A stretch of DNA of 64,000 nt from Chara braunii (Eukaryota; Plantae; Charophyceae). Shown here in pieces: positions 23,900-36,078 of the stretch; position 1 is the first letter of the stretch, and each line of letters begins with the position of its first letter. Where the stretch lies: assembly GCA_003427395.1 (NCBI GenBank), contig BFEA01000029.1, positions 1,361,617 through 1,425,616 of the forward strand. Reading direction: 5' to 3'. The notes beneath the pieces are model-generated. The model was not told where the DNA came from, searched no databases, and saw nothing but the letters and a program-made list of their open reading frames with translations. The translations under genes were made by a program, and so were the position numbers.

Positions 23900-25360
23900 T
23901 AGTTGGAGTATGCCCCTAATTTTTGCATATCGTGATGAAGTTGCAGCTTTTCAAAAGCATCGTGAAATGTGGGTGGCCAACAAAGTCAATTATTGAAAGA
24001 TTTCAAGTGACACCAGTTCAACAACTTGTGTTTTAGATGTTGGGTTGGACCGCTGCTTTGTCGTAGCTTATTGGCGTTAGGTCTTAAACCGACAGTAACC
24101 GTGGCCAGCTGCCCGTGTGCACCCCGCTGGTTAACCAGGTGTCGCAAAAAGGTTCGGCCTACTGGACCCTGGAGTCTGGGTTGGGTCTGTAGGCCCTCGC
24201 CAACAATGTTTTACCAAAATTTTAGAGGCTGGCAACGTCGCACATTAGGAAAAAGAGGGTGCTAGTGGGTTAAGAGGGGTCAATGAATTGCTTCGGTACA
24301 TTCAGAATGAGCTGGGTCTGAATTCTTGAGTTTGAACTTTGAAGTGATGAATTCTGGCTCGCATTATTATTCTCGTGAGTTCTAGGTGGACTTTTTCTGA
24401 AATTGGGTGTGGGGAAGGGGCATTTATTCTTTTGTATTGATGATATCTCACACAGTGTAGTGTGCTGCCAAGGCTAACGGATCGCTCGTGGGGTATAAAG
24501 GAAATTTGTTAAGCACACTCGGTAGGGGGAATAAGGCCTCGCTTCACTACATAATGCTCTATATGCACCTGGACGCTTTCTGGACTGGATACCTTCAAAT
24601 GGGCCTTGTCCAGAAGGCATTCAAATGCCTGAAGAGTGTTGTGTAGTGGAGTGAGGCCCAGACTGTGATCCTGATGTCCGGATGGCAGTAGGGAATATGT
24701 TTGCGTGTCGGATCCTGACATCCAGAGAGCAATACGGAATGTTTTTTGCGTACTGTTATCGGCTGCCGTGTCTAGCTTGAATTTTGAAGTACAACTTTGC
24801 TCACAGATTGTTCATGTGGATTGCCAGAAGGAGAGAAATCAGTAAGAGTCCTGACATGCCGAAGGGAACGCGGGGAAATTTGCGGTATGATCAGTAACAA
24901 GTATATGTGTTGTGGGGGTATAGTATAGTAATTATAGTAGTTTCAAAAGTTTCAAAATTTTGTAAAGGTGGTCTCTAGAGATTATCCGGGAAAGTAAATA
25001 ATACATACTGTGCTGCATGGGAGAGTAGGAAATGTGGGTGAGATTCAGTGGTGAGGTGTAAATGATGACACCTGCAGAAACGCAACAAGAAGGCAAACAT
25101 CGTTGTGCTGTTTTTCGAGTGTCCTATATACATTGTTTTGTTGGTTTTCGTGTTTCCTCTGTATGCAGTCATTGTATTGTTTTTCGTGTCTCCTATGGTC
25201 CGCTTAAGGATGGATCAGGCAGTTACATAATATTTAATTGGATGGCGAGCTTTTCTGTCTGATTGTAGTTTTTTGGCCCAATCAAGGTTATAGTAGCCCA
25301 GTGGTTTCAAAATATCCGCTTGTCGCTTGTCGACTAACGTTGAGTATGATTTGTTTGCAG

Positions 25361-25421
25361 GCTGCAATTGGGGGCTGGCACTGTCTAGCTGTTGATGTCG
25401 AAGGTCGGGCGTATGCATGGG
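25361..25421 (+). CDS. RCC1-family gene exon 5 (AAIGGWHCLAVDVEGRAYAWG)
   Basis: ttgcag| ... G|gtatgg, with an upstream GACTAAC branch point. Confidence 0.94.
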
Positions 25422-25918
25422 GTATGGGAGCCTTCTTGGCCACTCATTCCTTATCCCTATTGCATCATCATCAGACGGAAAGGCGATACCCTGTTGTTCA
25501 TTTTACTCTATAATTACTGCCAAATATTACACATCAGCGATTCGAGTTGAACACGATTTATCGTGTTTGGGGAGTTGTGCGACGAGGCCCCTTCTTTGAG
25601 TTTTTTTGCCTTCCCTTGTGATAAGGAAACAGTTCTATCACATCCGTCTGTTCTATGGCCGCACGCACGATTGCCCGTGCCACATGCGATTCTAACAGCA
25701 GAAGACAATAGTTCAGGCCACGTACGTCCTACTTCAATCTCGTCCAGCTGCTAATGGAACCACGCCCAGGTGCTGCATTGTTTTCCAAGTGCACAATGCC
25801 ACACAACATTTCGTTTTCCGTTTTTTTTCTCCTCGCTATTTCCGTTCTGTTTCTGAAGTTTTTCACTGTCCACGGTGTTCCTATGATCTGCATGGAAAGA
25901 CAAAAATGGCTCTGTTGC

Positions 25919-26073
25919 ACCACCAGTGCATGCCAGCTATCCGCCACAGCCCCCCCCCTGTGGGAGGCTGCCGGCAGCCGGTTCACGTTTTATCTGCGGT
26001 GGGAGAGCCTCCAAAATTGTAGGAGAGGCTCAATAGGGTTTTCTGAACGTGGCCGGGGCCATGTACTGGTGCT
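25919..26073. mobile_element. TTAA-family MITE (left end degenerate)
   Basis: ACCACCAGTGCATGCCAGCTATC ... GTACTGGTGCT|TTAA. Confidence 0.65.
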
Positions 26074-26499
26074 TTAAGGAGGGGGAAAGAGAAACGTTTA
26101 TTCAACACATCCTGTTGTTGTTATTGATGTCTTGAGTTCTTGATAACCTTCTTTTCTCAAGTTCTTGTGTTTCGAGTCTTTGATTATGAATAGTCAAATT
26201 GTGAAAAGGAAAAAAAAAAAAAAAAAAACTGCATGCCCGGTGCTCTTGGCAGAATGCAGCATGTGGGTGTTATGCGGATACCTTGTCTTGTTTGGGATCT
26301 GCATTGCAGCCATAATGACCATCGTCTTTTTTCTTTTCTATCTTGTGAAAGACCAATTGGATGGAATGTACTATGGGATGTCTATTTCCCTTGCAAGAAG
26401 TGATCTATGCCTAATAAAGGATCTTGTCTACGAGTATCCAATGTTTTTTTCCTCTGTGGATTTGTTTGCGCTTCGCATCTGTGTTTGTCCTTTGTGAAG

Positions 26500-26621
26500 G
26501 AGGAAACGAGTATGGACAATGTGCGGCGCGAGTGGATAAAAATCGGAAGGCGGATCAACAACAGAGCCGGTTCGATGTGGTGCGGCCGATGCGATGCGCC
26601 ACCCAGCTCCGCGTTCGGCAG
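26500..26621 (+). CDS. RCC1-family gene exon 6 (GNEYGQC...RCATQLRVRQ)
   Basis: gaag|GA... |gtgaga, phase 1 in and phase 0 out. Confidence 0.92.
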
Positions 26622-26980
26622 GTGAGAGGGGACATACGACAGACCATCATGTTTTCCATTTCTTATCCCAGGAATGCAGAGACAAGTTTTGCAAGTCCCA
26701 AACATTGTGTGCCTGAATAAAGCCCTGACGGAGAAATCCGGTGGAGAAACATTGCTTGCCTGAATAAAGCACGACAGTTGAAATTCACCCGTCCTGAAGC
26801 ATGCGATGGTATGGTTTGATGAACTTTGATGATGAGCTTTGATCCCAGTGAGCAGGTTTTTTTTTTTTTTTTTTTTTTTTTCCAGTATCAAAGAGAATGT
26901 TATCATATGGACACAAAAAAGAAATGTCGGCGTATGATCTGACAAGATCGTGTGTGCTTTGGCCTTGGTTTCTGGCGCAG

Positions 26981-27066
26981 GTGGCAGCTGGAGGGATGCA
27001 TTCGCTAGTGCTCACTGATGATGGTCAAGTGTGGACATGGGGTCAGCCTCTTGTTGCCATGGACAT
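26981..27066 (+). CDS. RCC1-family gene exon 7 (VAAGGMHSLVLTDDGQVWTWGQP...)
   Basis: cgcag| ... AT|gtaaga. Confidence 0.93.
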
Positions 27067-27171
27067 GTAAGAATACGCATGTGTGCTTTCTCTCGACATT
27101 GTGTCTTTGCTCAACTGTGTATGTCATTCACCACCATCTTCACCCGAACAGAATATGGAATCCCTGCATTG

Positions 27172-27487
27172 CATGGTAACCGCTGGCCCGGACACCGGAC
27201 ACTTCCGGACTAGTGTGTGGACCAGTCCGGACTGTCCGTTGATCCGGACATTGCCGGACCCGGACAGTCCGGACCGGTGTCCGTGGGGCGGGGGTGCAAA
27301 ATGTCCGGGAAAAACGGGTGGGGGGGTGGGTGGGTGGGGGTGTTGGTACGCATGGCACGTAGAAGCGGCCCTTTTTTTCCGATTTTTGCCCTCGTGGCCT
27401 CCATCCGGATGTGACGGAACGAACACCGGACCCGGACATGTTTCGGACTGTCTGGAACCCGGTCCGGACGTCCGGTCGGTTACTATG
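27172..27487. mobile_element. hAT-like MITE with CCGGAC subterminal repeats, nested in a pogo-like MITE (~27134-27575)
   Basis: TIR CATGGTAACCG / CGGTTACTATG; 8-bp TSD CTGCATTG (27164) / CCGCATTG (27488). Confidence 0.85.
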
Positions 27488-27666
27488 CCGCATTGCCCGG
27501 CCATTATTGCTGTATCTGCACTGGAAAGTTGCCCAAGATACGTCCAAAATGACTGGGCGTTCTCTGTCGGTGAATCTGGGGGACGTGGTCAGCCCTCGTA
27601 GCGCGGCCAACATCCTGGTAACGAAGAAGCAGCGAGCAGTACAATGAGGAGCGATGTGGAAAAATT

Positions 27667-28091
27667 AGTAGTATGGATTCCGTACGTCTGGGCCTAAGTC
27701 CTCCTCTGTGCAAGCACAGATTCGAACCGGCGACTTCGGCCTCAAGAGCCAAGTCTCTTAACCACTACAGCCAGGACACGGTGTTCGAAAGTGGAATTGT
27801 ACCGGTCGTGATATCCACCCCACCCCTGCAAGGCTGTAGTGTCCAACTCAACACACACCACACACAACACCCACGGACACGGCAATTCTCGTACACTTTG
27901 CTCTGTAGTCACCGCTGGTACTCTTACCCGCTCACACAGACGGGACTTATCAATGCCCGCGGTTCACGGGCGCTTCCACAGTAGTATGGATTCCGCACGT
28001 CTGGGCCTAAGTCCGCCTCCGTGCAAGCACAGATTCGAACCGGAGACTTCGGCCTCAAGAGCCAAGTCTCTTAACCACTACAGCCAGGACA
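27667..28091 (-). mobile_element. tRNA-headed element with 112-bp direct terminal repeats (family S2)
   Basis: Near-identical repeats at 27667-27778 and 27980-28091. On - each carries TGGCTGTAGTGG (A box) and GGTTCGAATC (B box). Confidence 0.8.
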
Positions 28092-28791
28092 GGGAGGGTG
28101 AACACAAAAATAAAACCAAGACAAGGAAAGATAGGAAGTAAGCTAGCAGCAAGGGGAAGGGGGGCTGTGTTGGACGTACAGAAGCACTGTAGTCACCGTG
28201 TTAACTCGGTGTTTCTTTTCTCACACAGAGCTACCGATCTATTCTCTGAGTTGCGACCAGTGTGGGTGATAGAACAAGCAGGTAACCAACCTGGAACACC
28301 AGTTAAGGTGGAATTATGTGTGGCGCTTTGGTGGTCCCAAGTCCATGCGTGTGGAGTTCGAACAGAGAGCAGCGAATCTCCTGAAGCGAAGCCATTGGAG
28401 TTGGTTGTATTACTGGGTACAAACCTTGCAACCCGATTTTTTAATGAGAGGTTGCCACGTTGCGATCCTGAATCCATGCACATGGTCTTCTACTCGAGAA
28501 CATCATAACTCCTCAAGTGGATGATGTATCAGCTGGGTTGTTCTGCATAGTACCACCTGATTCTGTGAATGAGACATCCGATAACCCTCTGCTTGATCTT
28601 TTTTTTTTTTTTTAATGTTTTACTTATTTATTTGTGCTATCTTTCTGACATTGTTATGCTTGTTTCATACTGTGCCAAAGTTTTAACATGCGGTCCTCTG
28701 GCGATTCTTCTTTTCTTGTCTGGCTGTCCCTACTTTTTCTTGAATTACTTGTGTTGCTGCGGTGGCTGCATGGGTGTGCTGAGAAATGCAG

Positions 28792-28894
28792 TAGGACCGA
28801 GAGGTGGAAGCCTGTGCGAGTGCCAGGGCTAGAAAATGTCATGATGATAGCATCTGGCGCTTTTCATTGCGTGGCCCTCTGTCAATCGCAAGAG
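28792..28894 (+). CDS. RCC1-family gene exon 8 (..KPVRVPGLENVMMIASGAFHCVALCQSQE)
   Basis: Tandem acceptor CAG/TAG (start 28792 or 28795) ... |gtaatt. Confidence 0.9.
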
Positions 28895-29401
28895 GTAATT
28901 ACGTCCTCGCCTGAATCTCTGTCCAAGGTCACTTTGCGACATTCTGTCGAATTTTTAGGTTGCAAGAATGTGACTCGATGGTGGGTATGCCTGATAGCGC
29001 CACAAACACTGACACGGGCACTAATATGTAGCAATAAAACATCGTGGTCTCATACTCTTTGGTAGTATGAATGACGAGTCTTCTTGTGGTGCTATGCAAT
29101 GAAAATATCTATGGTGTCATGCTCTTGACCTGTCTGAGGCTGTCTTCATTTTGGACCTGTCTAAGTTGTCTTTCGGTTTGAATTTCGCGTCGCGATTTGT
29201 TTGTGAGGTGTCGAAGAGTTTGTAGTCAATCTTGTCATTATTTTATTTTTTTTTGTTCTAGTTTCGGAGTGCTTTTTTTGTGTGGAGTTTGTAGTCAATC
29301 TTGTCATTATTTTATTTTTTTTTGTTCTAGTTTCGGAGTGCTTTTTTTGTGTGGACTGATTTCCAGAACTTCTGATTTTTTGGGTCTTTAGCAGCTGTTA
29401 A

Positions 29402-29600
29402 ACCGCCAGTACGTGGCCCAGCTATTGATGCCGAGCCGGGATAGTCCCGGCGCGCCGAGTTCTGCCGAGCCGCCGGGGCACCGTTTCGTTTTCAATTTGG
29501 CTGGCGCTTCCAGCCATTGTGGATCGGTGCCCCAAAGAGCGCAACTACCGGCGCGTTAACGGGAATCGCCTGGCCGATAGCTGGGCTAAGTACTGGTGGT
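29402..29600. mobile_element. TTAA-flanked MITE
   Basis: TTAA|ACCGCCAGTACGTGGCCCAGCTAT ... ATAGCTGGGCTAAGTACTGGTGGT|TTAA; homologous to 8902-9102. Confidence 0.92.
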
Positions 29601-30028
29601 TTAAGGGCCATGCCTGAGCAACAAGGTGTTCTAGCGGGATTTGAATCCTGCTGATTTGCGCCACCTGATGGAAGCGGTGACAAACGAACAGAGAGCATGG
29701 GAACAAATACCTGATGAATATGGTCGCAAAACTCACAAACACCCGATGAACATGGTCACAAACGCGCAGAGAATGCAATCTCTGCATGTTGTGACCGTGT
29801 CTGTGTGTTTGCGATTGTGGTCATCAGGTTATCTTTGTCCATGTTGCATGGAGTATGCCTGCATGTGCGTCTGAGAAACGTTAAATGGCCTGGAAAACAC
29901 CATAGCTGCGGTAATACAATCACATGACATCTTTAGTTACTCCCCAAGTGGATCTCATTCGTTCAGGCGGAGTGATAAACCGGTCTGGATGGCTTTTTTT
30001 AAGTTTTTTTCCTTCTTCTTGCCTTTTT

Positions 30029-30133
30029 ATTTGGACTGGTTCTCGATCTATGTTTCATCCTTGAGAGTGCGCAGGGGTTATGCTAATCTTCTTTCTCTGT
30101 ATCGCTCCAATTTTAAGGGATGTTCCGAATGAC
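30029..30133 (-). pseudogene. U6: Diverged U6 snRNA retrocopy with tail and TSD
   Basis: Reverse complement ...TTAAAATTGGAGCGATACAGAGA..GATTAGCATAACCCCTGCGCA..AAGGATGA..ATCGAGAA..GTCCAAAT. T-rich tail 29994-30028. TSD AACCGGTCTGGA (29978) / AACAGGTCTGGA (30134). Confidence 0.88.
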
Positions 30134-30827
30134 AACAGGTCTGGACATCAGGTTTGTTGATAATAATGAAACCCCGACCGGCCTTGATGAGGTTTCCCAG
30201 GTAATATTTTGAGCTCAGTTGCAAAGGGTGGTTTTTATCTGCGTGGTTTTTATCTGCGTCGCACATGGTCTGCCTGACATTACTGTTGGTCCGGATGACA
30301 TGCTTGCATCGTCCACGGGAGCGGAATGGACGTCTGTGATTTTGTAATATATTCGCACTGTACGGAATGGAAACTCGGGAGAATATGATCGTTAGCTGTA
30401 GAGGCCTCGGAGTTCATGATCGTTATATCCATAGAGGCCGCCGCCTGAAAGAGAGAGCGAATTGGAATACAAACAACTTTTAGCTGAGGGTCACATCAGA
30501 ATTCGTCATGGAACTGAAGATTAAAAAAGAAAATAACCAAATCACACTAAGGCACCCCCCTATAAACCCCTTAAGCACCTTAAAAATTCATTTATAATCT
30601 CCTCCCCCCCCTTGACAGCCAGCACTCAAAAAAAGAAAAGAGCCCACCGGATTTGGGCTCTTCTTGGAGGTCGTGGAAAACCCCCATCGCCAATTTCTTC
30701 TTTTCTTTTTCTTTTTTTTTTAATTGTTTTCCAATCCCCCCCCCCCGGCTGCCCGTTTAGGTGTCACGTCCGGGTGACCGGCCAGTCCAGACCGGCTGGT
30801 CGTGAAAATCTTCCCAAGCCTGAACCT

Positions 30828-30867
<40 letters not shown>

Positions 30868-30943
30868 CCCTTGTTTTTTGAATGGTGAATGTTCTTCTAT
30901 GCTGTGAGAATGACTCACTCCGCATTTATGGTGGTTGTGTCAG

Positions 30944-31045
30944 GTCATGGCCTGGGGAAATTGTGAATACGGACAGCTAGGCTTGGGAGACACGCAACCC
31001 AGAGCATGCCCACAGGAGGTCACAGAGCTCACAGGCAAGAACATT
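30944..31045 (+). CDS. RCC1-family gene exon 9 (VMAWGNCEYGQLGLGDTQPR...KNI)
   Basis: tcag| ... |gtgagt. Confidence 0.94.
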
Positions 31046-31468
31046 GTGAGTGATCATTCATTCTTCTCTGGCCGGCAGATTCGCAGCTCCATCCACGGCT
31101 TAAATCAGCAGGGGAGATACACAAACACCGAGAACGTGCTATTCTGTTGTTCATCTTTATCAGCTGGTCGGGCCAAGGTCTTGAAATGGTTATCTGGAGG
31201 AGTGCACACATATCTGCTATAGTGCGGCGGGGAAAAAAGTAGATTGAAGCACAACACAATCATGTGAAACGTTGCATTATATGAGTTATTATGAGTTATT
31301 ATGAGAAAATTCCAATCAAGTTACTTGGTCTTCAATTGCATGTAACTTTTTGTTATGATGAAAAACTCGTTTGGAGAAGTGAAGTGAAAGCAGACCAAGC
31401 TAAATTGGGAGTGAAGCTGTACTAAAAAAACAGTTGCAGGAAAGGAAAAACCACTCGAACAATCAACT

Positions 31469-31517
<49 letters not shown>

Positions 31518-31526
31518 ATTCCTTAA

Positions 31527-31703
31527 ACCACTAGTACCTTTGTCGGTTTGGAAAATATTGGGCCTCCGACCTTTCAGGAGGCCGGAACAAAACGACGGCC
31601 ACTGATCAGATTTGTCAACGGCAGCCGTTTTCGGGCCCGGCCTCCTAAAAGTTCGGGAGCTGGCAAGAACTTGTCGAAACCGGACGTCAAAGGTATTAGT
31701 GGT
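31527..31703. mobile_element. TTAA-flanked MITE, subfamily ACCACTAGTACCTTT
   Basis: TTAA|ACCACTAGTACCTTTG ... CAAAGGTATTAGTGGT|TTAA. A related end is at ~18354. Confidence 0.85.
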
Positions 31704-32859
31704 TTAAAAAAAAATAAAAAATAAGAACATGATGGCCTTGAGATATCATTGTCGAACTGACCGGCCCCCGTTAATTCGGAATCAGTTGATAAACTTGATT
31801 TTATTCATCGGCTCGGTGCCGAGTTGGCGGCGTCTATCTGGATTCGAAACTGAGGTCTGCATTTTAGCAGTCAATTGGAATATGCCATGTTTGACCAAGT
31901 CCAGTTGCCCAAACAATTTTCTCTTTTATTTTCTGTCAACAAGGTACATAGACAAAGGGCATCCTCCCTTGAGTACAGTCCTAGATGTATCTGGCTGCAA
32001 TTACGGCCAGATCTGGTTATGTTATTGGGTGGAGGAATGATCAATGAGCGTCTCTTAGCTTGTGTTTCAAATTTCAATCATGTGTACAAAATTCAGACTA
32101 CACGTTTTTTCAGAAAAACATGTGCACTGTGCAGCTACTTAGGAATTTTTTTCTGGACTCCTGGGAACTCTGTTTGATTTTGCATTCAAAATTTAAAATA
32201 AGGAACGTGTGCACTGTGCAGCTATAAATTAAATTTAATTAATTGATTTGGGTCTGACATCCTGGGAGCTTTGTTTTTGTGTCTCTTCAGAACAAATAAA
32301 GTCGTCGGCAGCTCACATGATATTAAAAAAATAACACAAGTGTAGATAAGGTTAAGAAAATCTGGATAATGACTGATGAAGCATATCTCTGGGGAAAGAA
32401 TTCAGCCGGTGGATGAAGTTTTCTCGATGTGCAGCGGACTTTGTGCTTGGAGCACATATATACTCAGCGCACAAAATGTCGGATGACGTAACGAAAATGG
32501 CATTTGTCGACGTGCAACCGACTTTTGGCTTGGAGGATGCTCAGAGCACAAGATGTTTGTCGACTGAAGTTTGCCTCCACTGCCGCGAGATTCATACATG
32601 GTGGTTGTAGTACGATTGCTTGGAGCATGCTCAGCGTACAAGATGTTTGTAGACCGAATTTTGCTGTGAGATTCATATGTGGAGGTCGTAGTACGAGGAA
32701 GCCCTTGGATGATTACATTGATTAGTGAATATAGGCATCTGATTTCTCTGTGGAGCCTCCTTTGGTGACAATGAGTCAGAGGTGAAAAGTGTTTTTTCTT
32801 TTTCTTTGTATTTAATATCAAAGGTAAATCAGCTTTGGTAATCTGCTTGAAAATCGTAC

Positions 32860-33222
32860 CAGGAGAGGTCCCCTTGTGGTTGAGCGGCATTTGCTGGATC
32901 AAGAGCAGGTCTGCGAGAAAACGCCTTGTGTGACGTTGAGTGTGTGTGTGAGTAAGAACACTGCAGCCATGCAGGGGTGGGTTGGATATCATGACGGGTA
33001 TGGTTCCGCTTTTGAACACTGTGTTGTGGGCCTTTGGCTGCAGTGGTTATGAAGCGTGGCTGTTGAGGCCAAGGGTCCCGGTGCAAATCCGTGTGCTGCC
33101 CTGCAGAGGGATTGAAGGCTGTGGAAGTAGAAGTACGGATCTGATCTGATCTGAGTTGATCTGATAATGATTTAGTAGAAGTACTGATCTGATCTGATCT
33201 GATCTGATTTGATTTGATCTGA
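32860..33222 (+). mobile_element. Diverged family S2 element with (GATCT)n tail
   Basis: Internal part homologous to the reverse complement of 27780-27950, then TGGCTGCAGTGG (33035), GGTGCAAATCC (33080) and GATCT repeats. Confidence 0.7.
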
Positions 33223-33269
33223 AAATGATTTGTGTCTGTTTGTTAAACTGTGATATGGTTGAAAATCAG

Positions 33270-33323
33270 GTGGATATAGCAGCTGGTGGATGGCATTCAA
33301 TGGCACTCAGTGGAGAGGGGGAG
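33270..33323 (+). CDS. RCC1-family gene exon 10 (VDIAAGGWHSMALSGEGE)
   Basis: atcag| ... |gtaagc. Confidence 0.94.
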
Positions 33324-34511
33324 GTAAGCCATCTTTTCTTTTTGTCCAATTGAAATTTTCCGTCGTAGAGAAGACGTAAATAGAAGTGCTTTTTTGAAGT
33401 TTTCCTTTTTCAACTCCCTTGTGCCCTTCAAATAAAACTAAAAGGAGGGCGGAGTGGGGGGGTTGGGGGGGGTTGGTTTGGGGGGGGCGCCGCTGGGCTA
33501 TTTTATTACTGATGTCATCTTGATAAAAAATGCATGCATTGCCTTGAGAACTGGGCCCCGGTTTTTTGGTTTCCTTTGGCAAATAAGTAAATACTAATAG
33601 TAAAATACATGAAGTCACTGGAAAACAAGGAAACCAGGTTAAGATGACGGTGTCCAGAATTTCCCAACATGAATCACTCACGATTCATCAGAAAGTAGTA
33701 GACAATGTACTTTACTCTTGACTAGTCTTTAGTAGTCTTTAGCGTCTTCACTTCTTTTTTCTTTTTCTTTTTTTTTCCGAGTGTCTTCACATTTTGAGTA
33801 ATTAAGAAGGGTGAAACTGTGAAGCCCTCACCGCAATTCATCAGAAAGTAGGTGGGAAATCTACTTCACTCTTCACGTTACTTGAGGATTTAAGTAGTGT
33901 GAAACTGTGAAGCCCTCCTTATCCCCCTGACCAAAAAGGGGGGGGGGGGGGGGAACGGGATGAAGAAAATGTGGAAATGTTTTAAAAAATGACAAAAAGG
34001 CTGATTGAATATCACTTTTTTGAAAATTTATCTGTGTAGTTAGACTGGCACGCGCGCTATGATCTTGTTCAATTGATGATGCGAAACTCGTCATTGTGAC
34101 TGCCATTCATCGCAACTCCAGGAGAATAAGAATGAGACAAAGGGAGGGGAAGAACGAGGGAAGTGACAATGCCATTCATCGCAACTCGAGGAGAATAAGA
34201 ATGAGACAAAGGGAGGAGACGAACGATGGAAGGAAGAAGAACTCGAGGTTGAACCGATGCCATCTCCCTTGTCAATATGATTCCATCATCAGGTTCTCCT
34301 CTTATTTGTCGTCAGTACAGTAACAATGAATGATGAATGAACAAGGTAGCAATGCTCAAATTACCTCCCTCGCAGCCAGCGCACAAGGAACTCTCCTTTG
34401 GCTCTCCATCCATCTCTTCTCCCAGTAGTGCTACTAGCTTTGGTGGATCATCCCAGCCCTGTGAGGGATCTTGTTAGAGGACAACACACTCCTACCCCAC
34501 TGCGACTGCCA

Positions 34512-34616
34512 CCGTCTTCACCTGAATAGAACGCCAGGTCATTATAGCTGTATTTGGCACAACTTTCTGTCCAGATGCAGCAATAATGACCGGGCGTTCT
34601 ATTCGGGTGAAGACGG
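34512..34616. mobile_element. 105-bp pogo-like MITE
   Basis: CCGTCTTCACCTGAATAGAACGCC ... GGCGTTCTATTCGGGTGAAGACGG|TA. Confidence 0.9.
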
Positions 34617-35975
34617 TAGTACTGTCCCTTCCTCTGGCCACGTTTTAATTACGGGTGAGGCCCATGTTCAACTGGTACCTCAAGTCTGTTTGTTGATGCC
34701 CACCTCCCTTTTTCCACCAGTACAAAGGCCTCCGCTTGACTCCATAGCGCAATGTGGCCTTCTTCTTCCTCCCTCCATAGCTAGACTGTTCCATCTCTTC
34801 TTCACCGGATTCGTCTATGGTCGTGGAGGTCTTCTTCAGCACCCTCTTGATCCTAATCACCCTAATGTTGCTGCTGGGTGAATTTCCAGCCTGACTGTCC
34901 TCCGAACTACACCCTCTTTGTCCTGGCTCTTCCTTTGGACACCCAGTGCCATTAGACCAGGTGGAAGTGTTCCGAGGCCTACCAATTCCCTCGCTTGGGC
35001 AGGGCCATCGCTGCGAACTCGTGTACCGAACTGTACCCTGCAGATGAGTGTGCCTAGGTTGTTGCAAGTCTAAGATTTGGTTGTGTACCAGCCTGACATG
35101 TAACTGTTAGCCCACCGGATTCCACAGCTGGATTGACTTTCTGAACTTTCTGGGAAATTCCTGTTTTGTCCCTGTTAAATTTGACTGTTGTCCCTGGTCG
35201 TGCTATATCATGTGTGTCAAAATTTTGTTCTGCCTCTGCGACCGTGTCTACTTGTGAATCCATCTGTCTCGGGGTGACAGAGTTGGAGCACGAGAACATC
35301 GTTAGCAGATGGAACACATTAGAAGTTAGCATGCACGAGGAACACCCACTTACACATTGACTATCAAACACATAGGCTAAGATAACCCAGATCAGGGCGA
35401 AAGCAGCACCTTTCACGGACTATCAGATCCGATAACAGAGAGTAAGAAATCTCCCACAAATCAGGGCAAAAGGAGCACCTTTCTAAGCTTCTGATCCGAA
35501 AGTGCGTAAGTTAGCCAATTTCGTTGAGAAACGCGGATCCCGCCACTTTCCGAGATCACAGGGCGCCGCGCTTTGTTATGGGTACGTTTTCAGTCCATGT
35601 GTAGGTGGCACGTCAGCCGTGATGAACGGCCCAACGGCGCTAAACAAAATGGAAAGGTCGAGGACCCCTACCCCTACCGAGAAAGATGCCGCAAAAATGA
35701 GTCGCCCTTTTCAATGTCCGTCCGTGGAGCAGAGAACTGTACGACGCTGGAGGCCAGGCCATATGGCGGGCCACAGGAACGTCCGTCTCTGTGGAAGCCC
35801 GAAAAAATTCGACGTGGTACTTGGGAAAGACCTGCGGAACCCGCCTGTGTGGAGTCCCGGTTTGCTTTTCTGCCCCGCACTACCCGTGTCCATCATTCAA
35901 GGGACTTTCTTGTTTTTTCTCTTTTTACGTTTGGATCAGCGCCTAAGAGAATTTTTTTTGTGTTTTTTTTTTTTT

Positions 35976-36078
35976 TTTGGACCACTTTTTGATTTATGCA
36001 TGTCGTCCTTGTGCAGGGGCCATTTGCTAATTTACTCTTCTCTGTATCGTTTCAATTTTAACAGATGTCCTTCGGGAC
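35976..36078 (-). pseudogene. U6: U6 snRNA retrocopy with poly(A) tail
   Basis: Reverse complement ...ACATCTGTTAAAATTGAAACGATACAGAGAAG..GGCCCCTGCACAAGGACGACATGCATAAATC..GTGGTCCAAA plus an A tail. Possible short TSD AGAGAA (35946/36079). Confidence 0.9.

Noticed and set aside
27667-28091. Two real tRNA genes
   Set aside because: There is no proper acceptor stem or U33, and they are embedded in longer repeats with a diverged dispersed relative.
34645-35750. 5' part (ORF1) of a retroelement; likewise 130-1330 and 11990-12900
   Set aside because: These look like decayed coding sequence, but no diagnostic motif in the right order could be identified.
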